64,000 nucleotides of DNA. Source: Lysobacterales bacterium (GTDB lineage Bacteria; Pseudomonadota; Gammaproteobacteria; Xanthomonadales; SZUA-5). The stretch covers positions 32,001 to 96,000 of the forward strand of contig JALHMH010000011.1 in assembly GCA_022844165.1 (NCBI GenBank), written 5' to 3'. Positions 48,134-56,433 of the stretch are shown here, one piece after another. Below the pieces are notes generated by a model. It searched no databases and was not told the origin of the DNA. It was given only the letters and a program-made list of their open reading frames with translations. The first letter of the stretch is position 1. Each line of letters opens with the position of its first letter. A program made the translations under genes and the position numbers.

Positions 48134-49662
48134 ATGTCGAAGCGGATGCCTTGCGCCAGTGGTAAGGCATCCGAATAGTTGATGGTGTTCGTTTGTCTGC
48201 GCATATAGATCTTCCAGGAATCGGAGCCGGATTCGCGTCCGCCGCCTGTCTCCTTCTCGCCGCCGAATGCGCCGCCGATTTCGGCGCCGGACGTGCCGAT
48301 GTTGACGTTGGCAATGCCGCAATCGGAGCCGCTTGCAGCCAGAAATTTTTCGGCGCGACGCACATCCGTGGTGAAAATCGCACTCGATAATCCCTGCGGG
48401 ACGCCGTTTTGAATCGCGACGGCTTCCTCCAGCGTATCGAATGGCAGGACGTACAGAATCGGTACAAAGGTCTCGGTCTGCACCACATCGCAGTCTGGTG
48501 CGACGCCGCTGATGATCGTCGGCAGCACAAAGTTGCCTGGGCGGTCGAGCACTTTTCCGCCGGTCAGTACTCTGCCGCCTTGCGCAACGGCGCGCTCGAC
48601 CACGCGCTCGTATGCCGCTACTGCGGCGCGATCGATCAGCGGGCCCATGAGCGTGCCGTTGTCGACCGGGTCACCGATGCGACCTTCGATTTGCCGATAA
48701 GCGCTTGCCAGCCGCTGCGTCACCTCATCGACGATAGAGCGATGCACGATCAGACGGCGGGTTGTGGTGCAACGCTGGCCGGCCGTGCCAACCGAACCAA
48801 ACACAGTGGCCGGAATGGCCAGTTTCAGATCGGCGGTTTCGTCGATGATGAGTGCATTATTTCCGCCCAGTTCCAGAAGCGAGCGGCCCATACGTCGCGC
48901 CACGCGTTCGCCGACCAAACGACCGATTTGCGTCGAGCCGGTAAAGCTGATCAGCGGGATGCGGTGATCGTCGACGAAGGCTTGCGCGAGTTCCGTGCCG
49001 GAATCGTTGAACAGGAAAAAGATGTCGGGAAAACCGCCCGCGCGCAGAGCCTCGTTGCAAACGCGCATCGAGGCAATTGCCGTCAACGGCGTTTTCGGCG
49101 AAGGTTTCCAGATCGTGATATCGCCGCACACGGCGGCGAGAAACGCATTCCAACTCCACACCGCAACCGGGAAGTTGAATGCGCTGATGACGCCGACGAT
49201 CCCAAGCGGGTGCCATTGCTCGAACATCCGATGTCCGGGTCGTTCTGAGTGCATGCTGTTGCCGTACAGCTGACGCGACAGACCGACAGCAAAGTCGGCG
49301 ATATCGATCATCTCCTGGACTTCGCCCAGTCCTTCGGCCTTGATCTTGCCCATCTCCAGTGACACCAACGTACCGAGCGCCTCCTTGTGCTTGCGCAGCG
49401 CCTCGCCGCACAGGCGGATCGCCTCGCCGCGTCGCGGCGCCGGTGTGGTGCGCCAGGATTCGAAGGCGGCGGTCGCACGGCGCATGATGGTGGCGTAGTC
49501 CTGCGCGCTCGAGGCATAAGTGCGGGCGATGGTGTCGCCGGTAGCTGGGTTGATGCTGCTCATTACGCCGGCATCGCGCGTCGCCGACCACTCACCGTCG
49601 CCAAGATAGGTGCCTGAATTGTCTGCGCTCAAACCGAGCGCTGCGAGGATCGCTTGCGACAT
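48130..49662 (-). CDS. amaB: ALDH7-family aldehyde dehydrogenase (piperideine-6-carboxylate/aminoadipate-semialdehyde dehydrogenase)
   Basis: GEVQEMIDIADFAVGLSRQLYG, SAFNFP, FTGST, LELGGNN, AGQRCTT, GAEIGGAFGGEKETGGGRESGSD. Confidence 0.9.
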   Translation of the reverse strand: MSQAILAALGLSADNSGTYLGDGEWSATRDAGVMSSINPATGDTIARTYASSAQDYATIMRRATAAFESWRTTPAPRRGEAIRLCGEALRKHKEALGTLVSLEMGKIKAEGLGEVQEMIDIADFAVGLSRQLYGNSMHSERPGHRMFEQWHPLGIVGVISAFNFPVAVWSWNAFLAAVCGDITIWKPSPKTPLTAIASMRVCNEALRAGGFPDIFFLFNDSGTELAQAFVDDHRIPLISFTGSTQIGRLVGERVARRMGRSLLELGGNNALIIDETADLKLAIPATVFGSVGTAGQRCTTTRRLIVHRSIVDEVTQRLASAYRQIEGRIGDPVDNGTLMGPLIDRAAVAAYERVVERAVAQGGRVLTGGKVLDRPGNFVLPTIISGVAPDCDVVQTETFVPILYVLPFDTLEEAVAIQNGVPQGLSSAIFTTDVRRAEKFLAASGSDCGIANVNIGTSGAEIGGAFGGEKETGGGRESGSDSWKIYMRRQTNTINYSDALPLAQGIRFDI

Positions 49663-49703
49663 GTATTTCTCCGACAGAAGGAGCCGCGAACACGGCATAG
49701 AGT

Positions 49704-49780
49704 TGGTGCCCCCGACACGAATCGAACGTGCGACCTTCCCCTTAGGAGGGGGACGCTCTATCCAACTGAGCTACGAGGGC
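49704..49780 (-). tRNA. tRNA-Arg (anticodon CCT)
   Basis: GCCCTCGTAGCTCAGTTGGATAGAGCG TCCCC CT-CCT-AA GGGGA AGGTCGCACGTTCGATTCGTGTCGGGGGCACCA; 77 nt with encoded CCA. A TATACT -10 box lies at 49795-49800. Confidence 0.96.
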
Positions 49781-49952
49781 GATGAAGGGCCGGGAGTATA
49801 CCGGCCGCAGCGAGTTCGAGGAGTGCAGTGCCAAGCCGGCTGCAATCTGAACAGTCAGCGCAGATCCGGCGGCATTCAGCCCGGCCTTAGCAAATCGAGC
49901 GTACGTTATCAGCACGTGCCAAAAAGGCCGGATCTTCGTTGGGAGAGAATCG

Positions 49953-50501
49953 ATGGCGAAGTGGATTGTTGGTGTATTGGCGCTGGTTTTGGCCGGTCTC
50001 AGTCTGCCGGCCCAGGCAGGGCGATGGTCGATCGGCTATAGCGATTACGGTTGGAACGGCGGGTATTCGATCAGCGTCGGCGGGCATGGCAGGGGTTATG
50101 GCTCGGGTTGGTACGCGCCATACTGGTACGCGCCGGCCTACAGTCACTGGGATCGATACGGTTATGGCTACCCGCGAGTTGTGTATCGCACGAGTGGTCG
50201 CGGTTACTACGGTTATCGGGCGCCGTATCGTTATGACCGCTACTCCTACGCGCCGCGCTACCGCGATTGGCGCCATGATCGATATGATCGATATTGGGAT
50301 CGTCGGCGCGACCGTCACGATCGTTATTGGAACGATCGTCGTGATCGCTACAGTCGGCAAAACGTCCGAAACGATCGTTACTATCGAGACCATCGTTACG
50401 ATCGAAACGAGCGTGCCTACGATCGTTCGCGGCGCGACGCCTACTACAACGCGCAGGACGACGCCTGGCGCGGCGCACGGAATCGAGACTACGGTTATTG
50501 A
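49953..50501 (+). CDS. Secreted low-complexity Gly/Tyr- then Arg/Asp/Tyr-rich protein
   Basis: Signal peptide MAKWIVGVLALVLAGLSLPAQA, GGGAGAG RBS, strongly biased mature region. Confidence 0.82.
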   Translation: MAKWIVGVLALVLAGLSLPAQAGRWSIGYSDYGWNGGYSISVGGHGRGYGSGWYAPYWYAPAYSHWDRYGYGYPRVVYRTSGRGYYGYRAPYRYDRYSYAPRYRDWRHDRYDRYWDRRRDRHDRYWNDRRDRYSRQNVRNDRYYRDHRYDRNERAYDRSRRDAYYNAQDDAWRGARNRDYGY

Positions 50502-50586
50502 GCTGGGCAAGCGTGTGCTGTCGAGCGAGGTCGCAATGCTGGTCGGCCTCCAGGCGGAGCCTGGCTGGCTCGTTGACTTGAAGATG

Positions 50587-50623
50587 AAAAAATGCCGCTT
50601 CGATGATTTCAGATGAGGCGGCA
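50587..50623 (-). terminator. Probable Rho-independent terminator for the WS/DGAT gene
   Basis: Minus strand TGCCGCCTC...GAAGCGGCA followed by T6. Confidence 0.5.
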
Positions 50624-50665
50624 AGTTGTTTTCGGGTTGGCGCCAGCGCCCGGCAAGCGGCGGCG

Positions 50666-52135
50666 TTATACGTCATTGCGGGCCCGCTTAGGTGCGACTT
50701 TATCTCCACGACGGGGCGCTCGGCGTTTCGCGGGTGGCTTGCCGAAGTACTCAAGTTCCAGTTCTTCGAGGGCGAGTTGCATGTACGGTGAAAGACGCTG
50801 CAAATGCGGCAGCGTACTTCGGCAGCCGGTGATGCCGAAAGCCAGTTTGCCGTCATAGCTTTGGCACGTGATATTGATCGCCTGGCCGTGCGTGACGAGC
50901 GACACGGGATACGCGGCCTCGAGCCGCGCGCCCCGGAAATACAGGGGCTTCTCGGGGCCCGGCACATTGGAAATCGTAATGTTGAACATGGGGCGCGTAC
51001 GGCCGCCGATGCCTGCCATCAATGACAACATCGTCGGTGCCATCAACAACATGGTGTATTGCATCATTGCTTTTTTCGGCAAACTCGACACATGTTGCTT
51101 CGCGCGCCGCGTGGATGCTGTTATCGATTGAATCCGCTCGCGTGGCGCATCGATATCGGTGCCGAGCGTAGAAATAATGAAGGTGATGGCATTGCCGGTT
51201 CCTTCGTCGTCTTTGGGGCGCACCGACACGGGGATGCCGGCCGTGAGCGACTGCTCCGGCAATTCGCCAAGTTCGACCAAAAAACGTCGCAGAGCGCCGC
51301 CGCAGAGTGCCAGGACCACATCGTTGAGCGTGGCATTTGCCGCCTCCGCCAATTTGCGCAGGCGCGGCAATTCGAACCGTTGTGTGGCGAATCGGCGCTC
51401 CTGGTTGATGCGGCCGTTCAGCAACGACATCGGGGACTCGAAAGGAATCGCGAGCGTGTCTTCTTTGTTGCGAAAGGCGCCGACCATCGAGCCGAACGCG
51501 CGGGCGATATCTGGCAGTGAGCCGACTTGATCGCGAACCGTCTCGGTGAAGTGTGCAATCACTTCGGCGGGCGTTGGCGGTGGTGCTTTGGGCCGTTTTG
51601 CCGGTCTTCCGCCGGAGCTGCCCAGCGCCCAAAATGGCGGCAGTTTTCGCGACGATCGAGTGTCGCTCGACATCGCTTTCTCCAGTAGTTTGATGCCGCT
51701 GACGCCATCAATGAGCGAGTGATGCATTTTAACGTACATCGCGAACTGCCCGTCTGCCAGGCCTTCGATGACTTCGCACTCCCAAGGTGGTCTGGACAGA
51801 TCCAGCGGCTGGCTGTGGAATCGGGCGATCAGTTGGCCCAACTCGCGCTCGCCGCCCGGTCGCGGCAGCGCCGAATGGCGCACGTGATGTTCCAGATCGA
51901 TGTCGTCTTCGACCTCCCAAACTGGCATCAGGCCCTTGAAACTCGGCATGCGCACTCGAAGATTCCAGGGCGACGCGAACTTTTTGGTACTGCGGAAGTC
52001 CTGCATCAGTTTGGCGAAAAAGTCTGCCGGTGCGTCCGTCGGCAGCGAGAAACGCATCAGCCCGCCGACATGCATCGGCGTGTCTCGCGACTCGACCATC
52101 AACCAAGATGCGTCCAATGGGTTCAAGGTCTTCAT
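50666..52135 (-). CDS. Wax ester synthase/diacylglycerol acyltransferase (WS/DGAT)
   Basis: LNPLDASWL..ESRDTPMHVG, PLDLSRPPWE, catalytic HHSLIDG, NDVVLA, ISNVPGP. Confidence 0.95.
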   Translation of the reverse strand: MKTLNPLDASWLMVESRDTPMHVGGLMRFSLPTDAPADFFAKLMQDFRSTKKFASPWNLRVRMPSFKGLMPVWEVEDDIDLEHHVRHSALPRPGGERELGQLIARFHSQPLDLSRPPWECEVIEGLADGQFAMYVKMHHSLIDGVSGIKLLEKAMSSDTRSSRKLPPFWALGSSGGRPAKRPKAPPPTPAEVIAHFTETVRDQVGSLPDIARAFGSMVGAFRNKEDTLAIPFESPMSLLNGRINQERRFATQRFELPRLRKLAEAANATLNDVVLALCGGALRRFLVELGELPEQSLTAGIPVSVRPKDDEGTGNAITFIISTLGTDIDAPRERIQSITASTRRAKQHVSSLPKKAMMQYTMLLMAPTMLSLMAGIGGRTRPMFNITISNVPGPEKPLYFRGARLEAAYPVSLVTHGQAINITCQSYDGKLAFGITGCRSTLPHLQRLSPYMQLALEELELEYFGKPPAKRRAPRRGDKVAPKRARNDV

Positions 52136-52198
52136 TACTCGCCTCCCGGCGCCAGAGCAACTGCTTTTATGAAGGGCGTAACATCAGCGGTGGCCCGG

Positions 52199-52588
52199 TC
52201 AAGGTCGAACGCCGCGAATCGATTGCGTCACCTCGTTATCGACATTCGTCGCAGACTTTTCGATCCGCACGCGGAACTCCACGCCTTGAGCGCCCAGGCG
52301 GACGATATCGCCATCACGCAGCGCCACCGTTCCCAGGACACGTTCTCCATTCAAATACGTGCCATTGCTGCTGAGCAGATCGGATAACGTGTAACGCCGC
52401 AAATGGTCTTCATCGACCCATTCAATGACCGCGTGATTGCGCGACACCATTGTGTCGGCGTCGGTATCGAGACGTACGTCGCATTTTGCGTCCCGCCCCA
52501 GATAAAGGCTGGCGAAACGCGCGGCAGGATAGACCTCGACCGTTCCGGTCCGGTTGCCGTTCAAATACTCGAGGATGATGCGATCCAC
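52199..52588 (-). CDS. Stand-alone FHA domain protein
   Basis: LGRD, VSRNHA, DLLSSNGTYLNG, LRDGDIVRLG. Confidence 0.9.
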   Translation of the reverse strand: MDRIILEYLNGNRTGTVEVYPAARFASLYLGRDAKCDVRLDTDADTMVSRNHAVIEWVDEDHLRRYTLSDLLSSNGTYLNGERVLGTVALRDGDIVRLGAQGVEFRVRIEKSATNVDNEVTQSIRGVRP

Positions 52589-52691
52589 AGAACCCCATTG
52601 CCCGCTGTGCTGCGTTAGGTGAAGTATGAACTACGCCGCAGCCATCCAGCCATGCTTTTGGGAGCCGACCGCAACGCGCTATCGTGAGCGG

Positions 52692-53240
52692 ATGACGCCG
52701 ACCGATGCCAACACCGCGCCCAGCGACGAACAATTGATGCTCGCCTACGCATCCGGTGATGTACGCGCGTTTGACGCGCTGTATGCGCGCTTTGCGACGC
52801 GCCTGTTGCGTTATCTGACGCGTTTGGTGAAACGGCCGTCGGTTGCCGAGGAGTTATTCCAGGACACCTGGCAACGCGCGATCGACGCGCGCTCGCGATA
52901 CCGGCCCACGGCACGATTCGCGGCCTGGCTGTTCCGGATCGCGCACCATTTGGCGATCGACCATATTCGCCGCGAACAGCCGCAGTCCGACGATAGTGTG
53001 CTGGCGCACTTCCCCGACGGCGGTGCGGCGCCGTTGCAAGCGATCGAAGACGAAGCGCAGCTGACACGGCTGATCGATGCGCTTGAGTCCTTGCCGGCCG
53101 AACAGCGTGCCGTGGTGCTGCTGCGCGCCGAAGGCGAGCTCACGCTGGAGGAGATTGCGGAGACGATGAATACCGGCCGTGAGACCATCAAGTCGCGCTT
53201 GCGCTATGCGCTGGCCAAATTAAAGGAGGCGCTCAAGTGA
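52692..53240 (+). CDS. ECF RNA polymerase sigma factor
   Basis: SDEQLMLAYASGDVRAFDALY, AEELFQDTW, WLFRIAH, LPAEQR, ETIKSRLRYA. Confidence 0.93.
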   Translation: MTPTDANTAPSDEQLMLAYASGDVRAFDALYARFATRLLRYLTRLVKRPSVAEELFQDTWQRAIDARSRYRPTARFAAWLFRIAHHLAIDHIRREQPQSDDSVLAHFPDGGAAPLQAIEDEAQLTRLIDALESLPAEQRAVVLLRAEGELTLEEIAETMNTGRETIKSRLRYALAKLKEALK

Positions 53241-54301
53241 ACGAGCGCGATGAGAACGTTTTGCTTGACGCAGTCAGGCGAGCCCCGGGGCCTATGCCCG
53301 GCGCAGCCATGACGGCTGCCATTCGTGCCCGGGCAGGAGCGGTCGCCAGGCGCCGTTCGCCGCCTGTCTGGTTGAACATCGCGGCGGGCGTGGTTGTATT
53401 GGTAGGCGCTGCAAGTTGGCTGCGCGTGGCCGATCGTGTGCCGGAGCCCCTTGCCCCAAGGGCATCAACGCCCGTGACAGCAACCGACGGAGCACTGCCT
53501 GATGCTCAAGCGACTGCACCGGAGATGGATGATGTGCCGGCGTTCGAAGCGAGTCGTTCGGCTGCGGCATCGGAACCGCCGATCGAACAACCCCTCGCCG
53601 ATGCTGGTCCTGGGCAAATCAACAAAGCTGAGGCCCGGTCTGAGTCGCAGCGACCGGTCGTTGCAGTCGACGACCTGGCGTCCGCCAGGCGAGCGCCGGC
53701 GGGCGATGCAGATTCGTTGGTCGCTCAGGGATTGAGGTCAGACGCGCCGCGCGAAGCGGCTGCTGGGGCGAAGCTCGAAGCCGTTCCGCCAAGCGTTTCG
53801 TCAGCGATTCAGACGCCGGCATTGGAAACAGCTCAGGCGCCGATGTCTGTAGACGCGCCGCCGCTGACAGAGTCCCCTGTGCCCGCAGCGCCCCCAGCAC
53901 CGCCAGCGCCGCCGGTATCTTTCGCGCCGCGGGAGCCCGTTGGGCGGATGAGTGCTGCGCCGGCAGCGCCAGCCAGCGTATCGCCTTTGCCCAGCATTGC
54001 GGCCGAACCCGTTGCCGATTCGATCGCGCCAGCCGCCGCAGTCGCTTCCTCTGTGCCAGCAGGTTCGTCGACCATTGGGCTCGGGTTGGATGAGGCTCAG
54101 TCCGTGGTTGCTTTGGAGCGCATGCGGGAAGCCGCGCGCGACCGCACCAAGGCGGCTCACGATCCGCGTTTCGACGCGCTGCGCGAAGCGTTGGCGGCAG
54201 AGCAGTCGGCACGCGTCGACGCCCTGATTGCCGAACTTAAGCGAGACGTGCTGCGCGAGTCATGGCCAGCGGACCTGGCGGACCGCTACTGGCCAGAATG
54301 A
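53237..54301 (+). CDS. Putative anti-sigma factor (short N-terminus, TM helix, Ala/Pro-rich linker)
   Basis: GTGA overlap with the sigma stop; WLNIAAGVVVLVGAASWL TM segment. Confidence 0.7.
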   Translation: MNERDENVLLDAVRRAPGPMPGAAMTAAIRARAGAVARRRSPPVWLNIAAGVVVLVGAASWLRVADRVPEPLAPRASTPVTATDGALPDAQATAPEMDDVPAFEASRSAAASEPPIEQPLADAGPGQINKAEARSESQRPVVAVDDLASARRAPAGDADSLVAQGLRSDAPREAAAGAKLEAVPPSVSSAIQTPALETAQAPMSVDAPPLTESPVPAAPPAPPAPPVSFAPREPVGRMSAAPAAPASVSPLPSIAAEPVADSIAPAAAVASSVPAGSSTIGLGLDEAQSVVALERMREAARDRTKAAHDPRFDALREALAAEQSARVDALIAELKRDVLRESWPADLADRYWPE

Positions 54302-54795
54302 GGCACCTCGGTGCCAACAAGATCGAGTTTTGTCTCGAACACGGATGCTGATCCCGCGAGCTCATAGACGTTACGGTAACCGTAACTGTGCAGCGCCGTA
54401 AACGTCGACAAGTTCAGCGATGCCGCAGGCGCCTTCGTTGCGAAAGCGCGAGGGCTATGGAGAAAGTTGTTGTTGCAGTAGATCAACACGCGCGTATCGG
54501 GCGATGGGATTGCGGTTGCCAGGCTCTGCGCGGTGAACTCGGTGAATGGCAGGTTGATTGCGCCAGCAACGTGCGTTTGCGCGAAGGCTTCACGGCTGCG
54601 GGCATCGAGCAGAATCGTCGATGCTTCTGAAGCCATTTCGCGGAACCGTTGCTCATCGACGCGTCGCTGCACACGGGCCGCCATCGCCAGTGCTACGTCG
54701 GCCTGGAACTGGCGGTCGTCGATCAGCGCATTGGCTGGCGGCGCAGCGGTGACGGAGCCCGATAATGCCAATAGCGCAACTGCCAGACGGACCAT
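54286..54795 (-). CDS. Secreted rhodanese-like domain protein
   Basis: Signal peptide; LLDARS, HVAGAINLPF, VLIYCNNNF, YGYRNVYEL; CAGGAG RBS. Confidence 0.87.
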   Translation of the reverse strand: MVRLAVALLALSGSVTAAPPANALIDDRQFQADVALAMAARVQRRVDEQRFREMASEASTILLDARSREAFAQTHVAGAINLPFTEFTAQSLATAIPSPDTRVLIYCNNNFLHSPRAFATKAPAASLNLSTFTALHSYGYRNVYELAGSASVFETKLDLVGTEVPHSGQ

Positions 54796-54854
54796 TGCTT
54801 TGCTCCTGAGCTGAACTGGACCGTAGGAGTACTGTCCGAGTGCTGGAGTTCCCG

Positions 54855-56243
54855 TCAATCGCGAATCTGTATCTGGCGTTCGCCGTCTGCAAATCGTGCC
54901 GTTACGACGTCCCCTGCTGCGGTGTGTGCGGCCCGGGTCAATAAAGTACCGTCGGCGCGCGCTAATAACACGAAGCCACGTTCGAGCGTGGCTTGTGGAC
55001 CGAGCAGGTGCAGTGCGCGCTGGGCCAGATGCGTGCGTTGCCGCAGTTGGACCATGCGGCTACGGGTCGCGATGAGGCGCATGGCGAGTCGATCGTTCTG
55101 CGCTTGATGGTTGGCCGACAACACACTCGCGCTGAACGCGAGGCGGGAATACAACTGTCCGGCGCGCATTCGCACATTGCCCAGGTGGCGATCGGGCGAC
55201 AGCCGCAGAAGGCGTTGATGCAATTTCTGCGTTCGCTCGCGAGCCGTCGCCACGCCGACCATCTCGAGGCGACCCAGGAGAAATTGCAGACTCTGGCGTT
55301 GATGAGCGCCATCGCGTTGATGAGCACGCACAAGGCGCGAAAGCTGGTCCAGGCGTTGCGTTCGCGACTCCAGTACGCGCTGCATGCGCCGCTCGATCGC
55401 GGAGCGGGCATCGCGCAGTCTGCGAGCAATCGCCTCGCCATCCGGCGCGATGATTTCCGCCGCCGCAGACGGCGTGGGTGCGCGCAGATCAGCAACGAAA
55501 TCGGCGATCGTGACATCGATCTCATGGCCCACCGCAGAGACCACCGGAATCGGTGCTGCGGCGATTGCCCGCGCCAAAGACTCATTGTTGAATGCCGCAA
55601 GATCTTCGGTTGCGCCGCCGCCGCGCGTGAGCAAGATGACATCGTACCTTCCGCCACAGGCGCGGCGCATGGCATCCGTCAACTGCTCCGGCGCCTCGAT
55701 GCCCTGGACCTGGCAAGGGAACACATCCACGCTGAGCATTGGCCATCGCCGCCGAAAGACGCTGAGTACATCGCCAATCGCTGCCCCGCGCGGGCTGGTG
55801 ATCAGCGCCAGGCTCAAGGGCATTGCTGGCAACGCCTTTTTCCGTGCCAGATCGGTTAGACCTTCCGCAGCGAGCCTGGCTTTCAGAGCTTCGAATGCCT
55901 GATGCGCCAAGCCAGCGCCATCCTCTTCGAGGTGATCTGCAACCAGCTGGTACTCGCCACGCGTTTCGTACAGGGTCACCCGGCCGCGAAGCACCACATT
56001 CAGGCCGTCACGTGCCTGAGCGCGGACGTACTGGTTGTTGTTGCGGAACATCGCGCATCGAATCTGCGCTGTTGCGTCCTTGAGAGTGAAGTACCAGTGG
56101 CCAGAACTCGCGCGCGTGAAGTTCGAAATCTCGCCCGCGACCCAGACGATGGCCAATGCATCTTCCAGCACCGAGCGCGCCAACAAATTCAGCTGGCTCG
56201 GGGTGACGACTTTGCGTTCGCGGATTGGAAAGCGCTGGGTCAC
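54855..56243 (-). CDS. xseA: Exodeoxyribonuclease VII large subunit
   Basis: VWVAGEISNF, SGHWYFTLKD, ITSPRGAA, RGGGATEDLAAFN, SAVGHEID, DLRAPTPSAAAE, LERGF. Start uncertain (GTG 56243 or ATG 56333). Confidence 0.95.
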   Translation of the reverse strand: MTQRFPIRERKVVTPSQLNLLARSVLEDALAIVWVAGEISNFTRASSGHWYFTLKDATAQIRCAMFRNNNQYVRAQARDGLNVVLRGRVTLYETRGEYQLVADHLEEDGAGLAHQAFEALKARLAAEGLTDLARKKALPAMPLSLALITSPRGAAIGDVLSVFRRRWPMLSVDVFPCQVQGIEAPEQLTDAMRRACGGRYDVILLTRGGGATEDLAAFNNESLARAIAAAPIPVVSAVGHEIDVTIADFVADLRAPTPSAAAEIIAPDGEAIARRLRDARSAIERRMQRVLESRTQRLDQLSRLVRAHQRDGAHQRQSLQFLLGRLEMVGVATARERTQKLHQRLLRLSPDRHLGNVRMRAGQLYSRLAFSASVLSANHQAQNDRLAMRLIATRSRMVQLRQRTHLAQRALHLLGPQATLERGFVLLARADGTLLTRAAHTAAGDVVTARFADGERQIQIRD

Positions 56244-56433
56244 GACAAAAACGGCACCAGGAGCGGACTCCAAGTAAACCGGAGCGCGCGAGGGAAATGA
56301 AGGGCGAATCGACGACGAACTGGCCCTGTTCATGTTCTTTGCGCGTAACGATGAGAGTGCCTTTGGCACGCGTTGTTCGGTATTGGCCGAACCAGCGTTT
56401 TACTCAGGTCTCACAAACTCGGAGTCACTCTTG

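Noticed and set aside
47744-48322. ORFs crossing the repeat copies (also 2084-2332 and 17616-17849) that share peptides such as AERPAAVPPGRK
   Set aside because: The similarity comes from the DNA repeat, and frames and ends are not conserved between copies.
49704-49780. tRNA-Arg as integration site of an island
   Set aside because: No integrase, no duplicated tRNA 3' end noticed in the window, and a metabolic gene follows directly.
49887-50624. Overlapping Ile/Val/Thr-rich ORFs (49887-50624 minus, 49939-50616 plus)
   Set aside because: Alternative frames of the low-complexity gene; only 49953-50501 has an RBS and a signal peptide.
56363-56379. Sigma54-like TTGGCACG upstream of the adhesin
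   Set aside because: The -12 GC is absent at the required spacing (TC instead).
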